Counted from the stretch's first letter, positions 41,229 to 51,189 are shown. The stretch: 57,477 bases of DNA from Coleofasciculus sp. B1-GNL1-01 (GCA_040220235.1 JAVJTO010000019.1), one strand, 5' to 3'. Made by a program: numbers and translations. The notes: generated from the letters alone by a model not told the origin.

Positions 41229-44200
41229 CTACACTGATGCTCTAGTCTTATCCCGGTTTTCTGTTCCCTGGTTCTTTTTCTTTGTTCTTCCTCTGAGTCC
41301 TTTTTTCCGATTCTTATCCCCAAAACTATCATGAAGCAATGTATAGAAACAGGGAATAATAAATAGCGTTAATCCCGTTGCTAGGGACAATCCCGAAAAC
41401 ACCACCACACCTAACGGTTGTAAAAACTCTGACCCTTTGCCAATCCCCAAGGCTAAAGGAAATAAGCCTAAAACTGTAGTAATCGTAGTCATCAAAATTG
41501 GTCGTAACCGTTGCGGTGCGGCTTGCAAAATTGCTGTTTTGCGGTCAACCTTTTCCCGGTAATAAATTTGATTGGCAAACTCCACCATCACGATCGCGTT
41601 ATTCACCACAATCCCTACCAGCAGTACCGCCCCCACTAGAACCGTTGCACCCATGGCGGTTTGGGTGACATAGAGTCCCAAAATTCCCCCGGCTAACGCC
41701 AAGGGTACGGTGAGCATAATCACTAAGGGGTCAATTAGGGAATTATACTGTACCGCCATCACCACAAACACCATAAACGCCGCTAATCCTCCCAGGATCT
41801 TCAGAGAATTTTGGAGTTGCTGATTGGTTTCACTGGCGGAACTAGGTAAGATAGAAACCCCCTCTGGTAAGTCTAATTCAGCTAATACCGCATTGGTTTC
41901 CGCTAACGCCTCACTCAGCGTTGCACCCTCATTTAGTGTCCCTGCAATTAAGAACACCTGGCGCTGATTAATCCGCTGAATTTCACCCGGCGCTTGTCCT
42001 TGATCAATCGCCGCCACATCACCCAAATAAATTTGGCGATTATTAGTCGTAAATAGGGGTAACTCTTTAATCTGAGACACACGCTGAATCGCCGCCCGAT
42101 CAAGCTGTACCCGCACATCCACCAAGCGATCGCCCCGTTGTAACTGTGTCGATACCGAACCTGCGATCGCGGTTTGAATGGTATCGCCAATTTCCTGGGC
42201 GGTTAACCCCAATTGGGCGACTCGTTCCCAGTCGGGACGAATCTGTATTTCGGGTTGACGATCATCCGCATCCGGGCGAAATCGGGCTAAGGTTGCGCGT
42301 TCATCTAACGCTTTTAACACTTGACGCCCTGCGGCTTCTAATTGCTGCGTATTGGTTCCTTGTAAGCCAATATCTAAATCCGCCCCACGAACGGGTGAAT
42401 TACTTAAAATAATCCCCCGCACTTCACCGGGGCTGAGGCGCAGACGAGTTTGGACTAAATTTAACGTCTGCAATTCCTGATTGACTGTCTCAATAAATGT
42501 CTCGACATTACTATCCGATTTCAGCGCAATTGTACTGGTTCCTCGTAACAGGTTTTCTGAAGTATTTCCCCCAAATAAAAACCCGCCGGATGTGGTAAAC
42601 GCATATTCTGTTTCTGGCTGCGCCAAGAGAATATCATCTACCGCCATCATTACTTGGCGATTCTGATCAAGCGTGGTTCCTGGCGGAAATTGGGCAAACA
42701 TTCGCGCTTGTCCGGTATCAATTCGGGGTAGAATTTCTTGGGGTATTTGACTAGCTAAGGCTAAACTTCCGCCGCCCAGAATTAACACAGCCAGGGCGAT
42801 CACTAAAATACGATACCGTAGCACCCGCGCCAAGAACCCTTGATAACTCCGAGTGGCGGCTTCAAAGCGACGATTAAAAGCTTGTAATAGCCAAAATCGA
42901 TTTAAACCACTGGATTGAGGAATGGCTAATAGGCGAGAAGACAGCATTGGCACCACAGTTAGCGCCACAACCAAGGAAGCGGCGACAGCAAAACTAATCG
43001 TTAAAATTAATTCACTAAACAGAAGAGAGAAAAAGCCACCAATGAGTAAAAAAGGCAGGACAGCGACTAAATTTGTACTGGTAGACGCTATCAGCGCTGA
43101 TTCTACCTCTTGGGAACACTGTTCGGCTTGGGAAATAATCGATTGAGGCGGGGCGGGTTGAGTTAAGTTATCAGTTTTCCCCCCATTTTTATCGGTTAAA
43201 TCTGTCCCTACACCTGGATGATCAGACACACCCGCCGCGATCGTTTCTAGCATCACAATCGCATTATCCACGACAATCCCTACACCTAACGCCAATCCCC
43301 CTAAACTAAACACATTTAGGGATAAGCCAAATAATTTCATTAAAATTATAGCGGCTAGGGTGGCGAGAGGAATGGCGATGACAATAATTAAAGTTTGCCG
43401 CAATGAACCTAAGAACAACAAAACTGCAAACGCGGCTAATGTTGCGCCTACTAACCCCGCACTGGTTACATTGGCAATCGAATTCTGGATAAAAATGGAT
43501 TCATCTAATGTAGCGACTAATTCAATATCGTCGGTAATCAAACCGGATTGTCGCAACTGTTCAATGCGTTTTTTTACACCATTGACCACTTCAATCGTAT
43601 TCGCATCCGGTTGCTTTTGTACACTAACTTTAACCGCTGGTTCTCCATTCAGAAAGACAAATACCCGTCTATCTTCCGTCCCATCAATTACCTCTGCAAA
43701 ATCCCGCAGATAGACCCGACGAGACAGATTTGTGGCGTCGGTGTCGTCTATTTCAAAGGACAAATTCCGCAGTTCTGCCGCATCCTGAAACCGTCCCATG
43801 GTTCGGGTTAAGGGTTCTGATTCTTCTCCGCGTAGTCGTCCCCCCGCCACATCTTGATTCCGTTCATCTAAGGCATCTAAGACATCCGTTAATCCTAATC
43901 CTAATCGCTGTAAACGAGTCGGATCAATCAACACTCGTACTTCTTCCGTTACCCCGCCAGACACATCCACTGAGGCGACGCCAGGAACCACACTCAGTTC
44001 CCGGCTGAGTTCTTCATCAGCAAAGACTCGTAAATCTACATCGTTTAGGGATGAAGATTTTAGGGCTAATTCATAAACGGGTAATTGAGACGGATCAAAC
44101 TTAAATAAACGCGGTTCTTCAATAATTTCGGGTAAATTGGATTGAGCGCGGTTATACGCCGCCGTTGCATCATTCAGCGCCTGGTCAATATCACCCCCTG

Positions 44201-44504
44201 GTCGAAAAAACAAGTCTAAACTAATTCGTCCCTCGCGAGTTTGGGAGAAGACTTGGACAACGCCCTCCGTCGCACTTAATCCTTGTTCTAGGGGTTTAGT
44301 AATTTCCTCAACCGCCACCTCTGGGGAGATACCGGGCGCTCCCAAACGTAAGCCAATCCGGGGATAAGTAATCGAGGGTAATAAATCGACCTGAATCTGG
44401 AGAATAAAGAATATCCCCAGCACAATAACGGCTAGGGTTAAGACTAGGGTACCGATATGGCGGCGAATCGCGATCGCACTAATACTGAGTTTGTCATTTG
44501 TCAT
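41229..44504 (-). CDS. RND efflux transporter permease (AcrB/AcrD/AcrF family)
   Basis: GIVVDNAIV, RLRPILMTT and a 12-TM layout. Confidence 0.95.
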   Translation of the reverse strand: MTNDKLSISAIAIRRHIGTLVLTLAVIVLGIFFILQIQVDLLPSITYPRIGLRLGAPGISPEVAVEEITKPLEQGLSATEGVVQVFSQTREGRISLDLFFRPGGDIDQALNDATAAYNRAQSNLPEIIEEPRLFKFDPSQLPVYELALKSSSLNDVDLRVFADEELSRELSVVPGVASVDVSGGVTEEVRVLIDPTRLQRLGLGLTDVLDALDERNQDVAGGRLRGEESEPLTRTMGRFQDAAELRNLSFEIDDTDATNLSRRVYLRDFAEVIDGTEDRRVFVFLNGEPAVKVSVQKQPDANTIEVVNGVKKRIEQLRQSGLITDDIELVATLDESIFIQNSIANVTSAGLVGATLAAFAVLLFLGSLRQTLIIVIAIPLATLAAIILMKLFGLSLNVFSLGGLALGVGIVVDNAIVMLETIAAGVSDHPGVGTDLTDKNGGKTDNLTQPAPPQSIISQAEQCSQEVESALIASTSTNLVAVLPFLLIGGFFSLLFSELILTISFAVAASLVVALTVVPMLSSRLLAIPQSSGLNRFWLLQAFNRRFEAATRSYQGFLARVLRYRILVIALAVLILGGGSLALASQIPQEILPRIDTGQARMFAQFPPGTTLDQNRQVMMAVDDILLAQPETEYAFTTSGGFLFGGNTSENLLRGTSTIALKSDSNVETFIETVNQELQTLNLVQTRLRLSPGEVRGIILSNSPVRGADLDIGLQGTNTQQLEAAGRQVLKALDERATLARFRPDADDRQPEIQIRPDWERVAQLGLTAQEIGDTIQTAIAGSVSTQLQRGDRLVDVRVQLDRAAIQRVSQIKELPLFTTNNRQIYLGDVAAIDQGQAPGEIQRINQRQVFLIAGTLNEGATLSEALAETNAVLAELDLPEGVSILPSSASETNQQLQNSLKILGGLAAFMVFVVMAVQYNSLIDPLVIMLTVPLALAGGILGLYVTQTAMGATVLVGAVLLVGIVVNNAIVMVEFANQIYYREKVDRKTAILQAAPQRLRPILMTTITTVLGLFPLALGIGKGSEFLQPLGVVVFSGLSLATGLTLFIIPCFYTLLHDSFGDKNRKKGLRGRTKKKNQGTENRDKTRASV

Positions 44505-44663
44505 TTGTCAAAACACTGATTTCACGGATTTTTTTTAGAGATTGGGGTGGGAGGTGAGAGGGTAGTGACACGGATTTCACTGAAAGGTTGGTTTTATTTC
44601 ATTTGTCAAAACACTGATTTCACGGATTTTTTTTAGAGGTTGGGATAGGGAGGTGAGAGGGTA
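44501..44663. repeat. Two copies of a ~64-bp direct repeat upstream of the RND gene
   Basis: TCATTTGTCAAAACACTGATTTCACGGATTTTTTTTAGAG...GGAGGTGAGAGGGTA at 44501 and 44599. Confidence 0.9.
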
Positions 44664-44855
44664 AGCTGTCATGCATTTAAATTGGGTATTAGTAGCGAGC
44701 AAGATGCAAAGCCTGCGGCATGGCTTCGCTAAACGCACTACAATGATTTCGTCATTATAGTGGTTTCGCGAATCGTCATCAGAATTCCCTCGTCCAAAAT
44801 TCCCTCGTCCAAAATTTCCCCGTGCTAGTCTTTGACCATTCTAGGAATAGCAACC

Positions 44856-44951
44856 ATGACGGTTCAATTATCTCAGCCTGAGTACCGACGAGTGACCCCT
44901 ATTGTTCAGACGTTAGCAGACTTTGCCACGGCACGCGATCGCACTCTGTAG
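44856..44951 (+). pseudogene. N-terminal gene fragment (possibly effector-associated-domain-like)
   Basis: AGGA RBS plus MTVQLSQPEYRRVTPIVQTLADFATARDR, ending at a HIP1 site followed by a REP. Confidence 0.4.
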
Positions 44952-45052
44952 GGGCGACCCGCTTCATTTAATTAATAACACTAATCCACTCAATTAGGTC
45001 GGGTCGCCCTTTATTCATAAGTCCTGTGGTGGGGATAGATGTTAGGTTTTAG

Positions 45053-45298
45053 GTATTCCTCTTTGGTTGGGAGATTGCCCACCGTAGTGATAAGCACCGC
45101 AAACGCCGCAAGATTCAGCAATTAATTGTAGATGAGATTACGTTTGTCTTTTCCGGCATAATTGCTCTCAGCGCATTCTGGTTTCTGGTTGCCAAACCTC
45201 CTTTAGGTGTGACAATTTTGTCCTGGGTAGAACTTCTACTTTTAATCCTGTTGGGAGTCGAGATGTTTATTTATGCTGACCTGACAGAGGGGCGTTAA
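45053..45298 (+). pseudogene. Startless C-terminal fragment of a membrane protein
   Basis: Frame ...IVDEITFVFSGIIALSAFWFLVAKPPLGVTILSWVELLLLILLGVEMFIYADLTEGR* with no start codon at its 5' end. Confidence 0.45.
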
Positions 45299-45342
45299 CC
45301 TTTAATCTGGGTGTACCATACAGCAACGAAGAAAGTTAGGCG

Positions 45343-45714
45343 ATGGCGAAAATGAAACGGGACGCAGAGCGAGAAGAGCGGATCACGATGGACATTGTGG
45401 TGGATGCTTACGGACCAGAAGAGCAGGCAATGGGCTGGTACTACTATTTACAGGACACAATGCAGTTTCCCTTCACAGCCGTCTGCATCAGTAAGCGACG
45501 CATTTCCCCGGTGAAAGAAAAGGCAACCGTAGAAGTGGTGGGGATGGCACCAGAGGAGGAGTGCGAACAGGAAATGTTTGTGGAGATTGCCTGGGATGAT
45601 GATACGCTGGCAGTGCCATTGATTCAGCTAGAGGCTCCAGAGGCAGATGCAGAAACCCAACAGGCGATCGCAGATTGGCATTACTGGGTGAATCAAGGCT
45701 ATGAGTTTGGGTAA
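45343..45714 (+). CDS. CcbP-like calcium-binding family protein
   Basis: REERITMDIVVDAYGPEEQAMGWYYYL...FPFTA...AIADWHYW, highly acidic. Confidence 0.8.
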   Translation: MAKMKRDAEREERITMDIVVDAYGPEEQAMGWYYYLQDTMQFPFTAVCISKRRISPVKEKATVEVVGMAPEEECEQEMFVEIAWDDDTLAVPLIQLEAPEADAETQQAIADWHYWVNQGYEFG

Positions 45715-45804
45715 ATTAAATTGATAAAGATACTCCAATCAGCAAGGCAAAAAATCTCAAGACGGCTAGCCGTGCAGACGCGATGCCCCATAGCGCGATC
45801 GCTA

Positions 45805-45921
45805 ATGACTCGTCAGGAACTGGAACATCAGCTTCTTCACCTATCTCCTGCTGACAAAGTTGTAATGGCACGTTTGTATGCTGATGAGCAGTTTACACGG
45901 GATGTTAGTGAACGGCTTTGA
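45805..45921 (+). pseudogene. Fused remnants of a DUF433 / DUF5615(PIN)-type toxin-antitoxin pair
   Basis: MTRQELEHQLLHLSPADKV, then a TAATG overlap and MARLYADEQF...*. Confidence 0.55.
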
Positions 45922-45982
45922 TGTGTTATCGGTTAGGCTAAGGCACTCAAATTGGGGAGCAATCGCCTGCTTTAATCCATAC

Positions 45983-46456
45983 CTATTCTGCTTCCGGATT
46001 TAGTCGAATCATCGCCCAAGTCGTGTAGGTTCCAATCGGACTCCAAATAATATAAGGTAATAGCAAAACCAATGCCCAAACTGAGATAGGATAAACTAAA
46101 AGTGCCAAAATAATACTCAATATAGCCCCTGCCCCCCCAATCATCGTACCCACCTTGAGACTGCGAAATCGGCACATGACTGGCGTATAGGCAATTGTTA
46201 CTATTTCTAACAGCAAATATAATCCCAAAACCAGCCAGGTTTGAGGACTCCCAGGATTACTTTCCCATACCACATAAGCTGACCATCCTCCACAAATAAA
46301 AATAACTGTCCAGATGAAAGGAATCGCCGCCTCAAATGTCAACCATCGGGGACGGCGCAGGCGGTTGAACCATCGGACATCATCGGAGGTTAACCAGTTA
46401 CCAGCCAACGCCACTAGTAAGGTTACAGTCCCAATTACCATCCAGGATTTAATCAT
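45983..46456 (-). CDS. tspO: TspO/MBR family tryptophan-rich sensory protein
   Basis: WFNRLRRPRWL, IWTVIF, LLLPYIIW, RLN; probable start MIKSW. Confidence 0.88.
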   Translation of the reverse strand: MIKSWMVIGTVTLLVALAGNWLTSDDVRWFNRLRRPRWLTFEAAIPFIWTVIFICGGWSAYVVWESNPGSPQTWLVLGLYLLLEIVTIAYTPVMCRFRSLKVGTMIGGAGAILSIILALLVYPISVWALVLLLPYIIWSPIGTYTTWAMIRLNPEAE

Positions 46457-46644
46457 GTTCTCCCCTGTGAAAATCCCACGACATCGGGTGATCATCCCCA
46501 GTTTTATAGATTGAGCGAATCATCCCTATAAAACCAGCTTATCCTTTTGGTACAGGTTTTGTGGTCAGGAGGAAATCACGCCACTGAGCGAAAAGCGAAA
46601 AAGGGTAGTCCTTGCCGAACCAACATGGTAGAGTATTAATCTTA

Positions 46645-46762
46645 GTCGGTTCTAATGGGGAGCAGCCATTAGAGGTAACGGGGAAAGTTCGGTGTAAATC
46701 CGGCGCTGTCCCGCAACTGTGACGAAACCTACCCAGGTTTCTGAGTCAGAATGCCCGCCGAC
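46645..46762 (+). promoter_or_regulatory. Cobalamin riboswitch
   Basis: GGGGAAAGTTCGGTGTAAATCCGGCGCTGTCCCGCAACTGT and B12-box GAGTCAGAATGCCCGCC; P1 pairing GTCGG/CCGAC; upstream of cbi genes. Confidence 0.95.
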
Positions 46763-47080
46763 GTGGAAGAAACGTTAACATTCATCTGCGAGGTACGGAT
46801 GGTGCATAGTCCAAAATTGTCACAATTTAAACCTGTGAGGCGATCGCGACAGAACGCCCTGATGCCTGATCAAGAGTCGGGTTAATGGGTATGCCTCAAT
46901 TTGTTTAAACGAAAACGGCATGATTCGTTAACCAAAAGTCTCTTGTCCTTACCTATGCATAGGTGAGTACAAGAGTCAAGTAAGAGGTTCGTCCCATGGC
47001 AAGCCTCTAGCTGTTTGTTACGAATTCCTAATCATTGATAACCACGACAACGCAATCAAACTACTGATTTACTCAGGACT

Positions 47081-47704
47081 ATGAATAACAGTCCAATCGT
47101 GACAAAACCTGCACCGCCAGCACCATCAAACCTGTGGTCAAAGGCTTGGCAAGCAATTGCCCACAGTCGCCTGTGGCTATTTTCCCTCATCGCGATCGCT
47201 AGCGCTAGCAGTCTGGTTTACCCTCACTCTCCCTTGGTTGGTTTTGCTGCTGTGACGGGAACAACTCTGCACCGCAAACAGGCGGTTATGGCTGCTATGA
47301 CTATCTGGTTTGCTAATCAATTGTATGGCTTTACTATCCGCCAATATCCCCGTACTTTAGAAGCTTTTACTTGGGGTTTGGTTATGGGTTTAGGAACTCT
47401 TGTGGTGACCCTACTCGCCACCATTAAACCCAAGTTCAGCCAGCGTAATTTTACAGGTCATTTGCTTTGGTTTGGTGCAGCGGTAATCGCCGGATATGTT
47501 CTGTTTGAAGGAACGATTTTACTCACAGCGCAATTAATGGGAGGACACGGTTTAACTGCCAGTATACTTGGGCGGATTTTTGTCAAGAATGCTGTTTGGG
47601 GAATTGCCCTCAGTTTGATACACAGTGTTCTCACCTGGAATGCAATCAAATTCTCCGAAAAATACCGAGGTGCGTTACGCTACGCTAACACACCCTACGA
47701 ATAG
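47081..47704 (+). CDS. Hypothetical integral membrane protein, first gene of the B12-regulated operon
   Basis: AGGA RBS; about 6 hydrophobic helices; WFANQLYGF...YP motif. Confidence 0.75.
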   Translation: MNNSPIVTKPAPPAPSNLWSKAWQAIAHSRLWLFSLIAIASASSLVYPHSPLVGFAAVTGTTLHRKQAVMAAMTIWFANQLYGFTIRQYPRTLEAFTWGLVMGLGTLVVTLLATIKPKFSQRNFTGHLLWFGAAVIAGYVLFEGTILLTAQLMGGHGLTASILGRIFVKNAVWGIALSLIHSVLTWNAIKFSEKYRGALRYANTPYE

Positions 47705-47718
47705 AGGTAATTTTGTCA

Positions 47719-48477
47719 ATGAAGCGAAAAAAACGGATAATCAATCTAGTCTTAATCGCTGGGTTAAGTTGGGGCTTAATCGTATTTGCCCCGCAACCCG
47801 CCTTCGCCATGCATATCATGGAAGGTTTCTTACCCGCAGGTTGGGCAATTTTTTGGTGGGTTGTTTTTCTGCCCTTTTTTATTCTCGGACTACGTTCAAT
47901 TACACAAATCTCCCAGCAAAACCCGGAATTGAAAGTGCTGCTGGCGCTATCCGGTGCCTTTGCTTTTGTCTTATCCGCCTTAAAAATACCGTCGGTAACC
48001 GGAAGTTCTTCCCATCCCACAGGAACGGGATTGGGTTCAGTATTGTTTGGTCCATTAACGATGAGTGTATTGGGGAGTTTAGTTCTCCTGTTTCAAGCCC
48101 TGTTGTTGGCACATGGCGGTTTAACAACCTTGGGGGCAAATGCGTTTTCTATGGCAGTTGTCGGACCATTTATCGCATACAGCACGTATCGTTTAATTAT
48201 GCAAGTCAGTGGGGCGCAGAAAGTCGCTATTTTTATCGCTGCTGCTTTGGCAAATTTGATGACGTATGTGGTTACATCTGTTCAGTTAGCACTAGCCTTT
48301 CCTGCTGCAACTGGGGGAATTATGGCTTCATTTCTCAAGTTTGCTGGGATTTTTGCGGTGACTCAAATTCCCTTGGCAATTAGTGAAGGATTGTTAACCG
48401 TTTTGGTGTGGAACTGGCTAATGTCCTACAGTCGCGAGGAATTAGCCGTATTGAATTTAGTTAAAGGAGGGTCTTAA
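47719..48477 (+). CDS. cbiM: Cobalt ECF transporter substrate-binding component
   Basis: Signal peptide followed by [28 protein letters not shown]. Confidence 0.96.
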   Translation: MKRKKRIINLVLIAGLSWGLIVFAPQPAFAMHIMEGFLPAGWAIFWWVVFLPFFILGLRSITQISQQNPELKVLLALSGAFAFVLSALKIPSVTGSSSHPTGTGLGSVLFGPLTMSVLGSLVLLFQALLLAHGGLTTLGANAFSMAVVGPFIAYSTYRLIMQVSGAQKVAIFIAAALANLMTYVVTSVQLALAFPAATGGIMASFLKFAGIFAVTQIPLAISEGLLTVLVWNWLMSYSREELAVLNLVKGGS

Positions 48478-48480
48478 ACG

Positions 48481-48771
48481 GTGAAAATGGAAACAACAGG
48501 GTGGAATAATTGGGTATTGGTATTAGGAGTTGTCGTTCTCGCCATTGTGCCATTGTTAATCGTTCGGGACTCAGAATTCGGCGGTGCTGATGGTGAAGCC
48601 GAAGCTGTAATTGGCGAGGTTAATCCTGACTATGAACCTTGGTTTGAACCCTTAATCGAACCGCCGGGTGGTGAAACGGAATCTCTGTTATTTGTTTCCC
48701 AGGGGGCAATTGGTGCGGGAATTATCGGCTTTGTTATTGGACGATACAAAGGGCGATCAGAACGGGATTAA
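48481..48771 (+). CDS. cbiN: Cobalt transport protein
   Basis: FGGADGEA, YEPWFEP, GETESLLF. Confidence 0.94.
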   Translation: MKMETTGWNNWVLVLGVVVLAIVPLLIVRDSEFGGADGEAEAVIGEVNPDYEPWFEPLIEPPGGETESLLFVSQGAIGAGIIGFVIGRYKGRSERD

Positions 48772-48793
48772 CAGTCTGAGTAAATAAATAAAT

Positions 48794-49687
48794 ATGACTC
48801 TGGAAATTGATGCGATCGCGTACCGGAATCGTCTGCGTTATCTTCCCCCCGCCCAGAAATTGGGCTTCGCGTTGGTGGTGTTGTTTATTAGTCTTTTTAG
48901 CCATGCACCGACTCAATTTCTGATTATATTGTGGATGGGAATATGGACAGTCGGTTATGCCGGAATTCGCTGGCGAGTTTACTTGCGATTAATCGCCCTA
49001 GCATCTCTATTCTTACTCTTGGGTTTACCCGCTTTAATCGTGAATATCGCCCCCATGACTCAAATCGAGGTTGCCCAAACCGATCAATGGGGTGGGATGA
49101 ATCTGGGTTCCTGGTATGTCTATATCAGTCGCAGCGGTAGTCAACAAGCTGGCGTTGTGTTCATGCGATCGCTGGCTTGTGTGTCTTGTCTGTTTTTTAT
49201 TCTTTGTACTGTCCCTTTTATCGAAATTGTACAGACGATGCGACGGCTGAATGTGCCAGTTATCCTCACAGATATTCTGCTATTAATGTATCGCTTTGTG
49301 TTTATCTTGCTGAAAACAGCAAAGGAGTTAAAATTGGCACAACAGGCGCGAAATGGCTATCGCAATTGGCGTTTAACTATGCATAGTTTAGGACTCTTGG
49401 TGGGACAATTATTTTTGCGGACATTACAACGTTATCATCAATTTTCCTTGGGATTGGCAGCACGAGGCTTTACCGGGGAATTTCCGGTTGGCTTACTCCA
49501 TCACTATCGCTACTCCAAACGCTATGCAGTGGAAGCCGTTTTGGGTTGTGGGGGATTGTTAGGAGTTGAGTTGGTTAGTTGTCATTTGTCTTATGTCTTA
49601 TGTCATTTGTCATTCGTTGTTTATTCCATGTTCTCTATTCCCTTGATTCACCTGTATAAGCTGTCATGCATTTCAATTGGGTATTAA
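48794..49687 (+). CDS. cbiQ: Cobalt ECF transporter T component (repeat-derived C-terminal extension)
   Basis: LMYRFVF, AQQARNG and LAARGF motifs. Confidence 0.92.
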   Translation: MTLEIDAIAYRNRLRYLPPAQKLGFALVVLFISLFSHAPTQFLIILWMGIWTVGYAGIRWRVYLRLIALASLFLLLGLPALIVNIAPMTQIEVAQTDQWGGMNLGSWYVYISRSGSQQAGVVFMRSLACVSCLFFILCTVPFIEIVQTMRRLNVPVILTDILLLMYRFVFILLKTAKELKLAQQARNGYRNWRLTMHSLGLLVGQLFLRTLQRYHQFSLGLAARGFTGEFPVGLLHHYRYSKRYAVEAVLGCGGLLGVELVSCHLSYVLCHLSFVVYSMFSIPLIHLYKLSCISIGY

Positions 49688-49787
49688 TAGTGAGCAAGAT
49701 GCTCACACTACGACAAGGATTTCGCCATTGTTGACATTACTGATTAAAGGCTGAATAGGTCATTTTAAAATCATGTAAGATAAATGT

Positions 49788-50645
49788 ATGAGCAAAAAGT
49801 TACTGGAATTTGAAGATGTTTATTATACCTATCCGGGTGGACAGAAACCAGCGCTGAATGGACTAAATTTATCCATTCCAGTCACTAAAAAAATCGCATT
49901 ACTGGGTCAAAATGGGTCGGGTAAATCAACTCTATTATTCTTAGCCGATGGACTTTTTCAACCCCAGCAGGGACAAATCCACTGGGCAGGTAAACGATTA
50001 AACTATGACCGCCATTCCCTGAATCAGTGGCGTCAAAAAATCGGACTCGCGTTTCAAGACCCAGAACAACAATTAGTCGCCGGAACGGTAGCTGAGGATA
50101 TTGCTTATGGGTTGTATACTCTAAAATTGTCTCAGGCAGAAATCAAGCAGCGGCTTGAACAAACCTTAGCCGAATTTGGCTTACAAGACTTAGCCAACAA
50201 CCCCTTACATCACCTCAGTTTAGGACAAAAACGACGAGTTGCGCTAGCCGGGGTAATGGCACGGCATCCTGAACTATTATTATTAGATGAGCCAACAGCT
50301 TATTTAGATAGCGTGCAAACGGGCAATCTCCTGGAGGAGTTAGAACGGATTCACGCCGCTGGAACGACTCTAGTGATTGCTACTCATGATCTAAACTTTG
50401 CCTATCAATGGGCAGATTGGATGTGTATTTTACATGAAGGACAACTGATTATGTCAGGAGAAACGCAAGATATTTTTAGCCAAAGCAATAGGTTAGCCGA
50501 ATTCCACCTGGATGTCCCCATTTTATGGGAGGTTTGGCAGGTATTAGTGTCACGTTTATCTTTACCCAAGACGATGCCGTTTCCGAAAACAATTCGTCAA
50601 CTGGAAGACCAGTTAAGCGATTGGAATAAACCCTCTCAACCCTAA
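49788..50645 (+). CDS. cbiO: Cobalt ECF transporter ATPase
   Basis: GQNGSGKST, FQDPEQQL, LSLGQK, LLLDEPT and ATHD. Confidence 0.94.
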   Translation: MSKKLLEFEDVYYTYPGGQKPALNGLNLSIPVTKKIALLGQNGSGKSTLLFLADGLFQPQQGQIHWAGKRLNYDRHSLNQWRQKIGLAFQDPEQQLVAGTVAEDIAYGLYTLKLSQAEIKQRLEQTLAEFGLQDLANNPLHHLSLGQKRRVALAGVMARHPELLLLDEPTAYLDSVQTGNLLEELERIHAAGTTLVIATHDLNFAYQWADWMCILHEGQLIMSGETQDIFSQSNRLAEFHLDVPILWEVWQVLVSRLSLPKTMPFPKTIRQLEDQLSDWNKPSQP

Positions 50646-50787
50646 CGACAACCTCTAATGCCATGTTTGTCTAAATGTCCTTTTTTTGTTAAAACAAACT
50701 CTTTACCCTATTGCCTATTGCCTATTGCCTTTTTACAGCATTGCTATGTTGACGATCCAAATGAAAACGCTATATGACTGAATCAAA

Positions 50788-51177
50788 ATGAATCAACACA
50801 CTTTATTTGTTTGTACAACCTGCGCCAGTACCTGGAAAGATGGCAAGCGCATTGGTCAAAGTGGTGGAGAAAAACTTCTAGAACCCTTGCAGGAACTCCA
50901 CCAAAACTGGTCACTCCGGGATGAATTTAAACTTCAACCGATTGAATGTATGAGTGCTTGTAGTCGCCCTTGTGCGGTTTCCTTAGCCGCCTTGGGTAAA
51001 CACACGTATCTATTTGGGGATTTACCCGTAGATGTAGAAACATTACCCAAAACAGCAGCGGCTATCTTAGACTGTGCCAGTTTGTACCATAGCCAACCTG
51101 ATGGTTTATTGCCTTGGGCAAAACGACCTGAACCCCTAAAAAAAGGCATCTTAGCACGAATTCCACCCTTATCCTGA
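50788..51177 (+). CDS. DUF1636-family Cys-rich metal-binding protein
   Basis: VCTTC, ECMSACSRPC, YLFGDL and RP...ILARIPP. Confidence 0.88.
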   Translation: MNQHTLFVCTTCASTWKDGKRIGQSGGEKLLEPLQELHQNWSLRDEFKLQPIECMSACSRPCAVSLAALGKHTYLFGDLPVDVETLPKTAAAILDCASLYHSQPDGLLPWAKRPEPLKKGILARIPPLS

Positions 51178-51189
51178 GGTCAAATAATC

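Noticed and set aside
44501..44830. Direct repeats as a mini-CRISPR
   Set aside because: There are only two long copies and one short tandem, with no repeat-spacer periodicity.
45721..45921. 66-aa ORF as an intact gene
   Set aside because: It is better explained as chance fusion of two toxin-antitoxin stubs.
47625..48383. 252-aa alternative-frame ORF
   Set aside because: It overlaps cbiM, which has clear motifs; its composition is that of a shadow frame.
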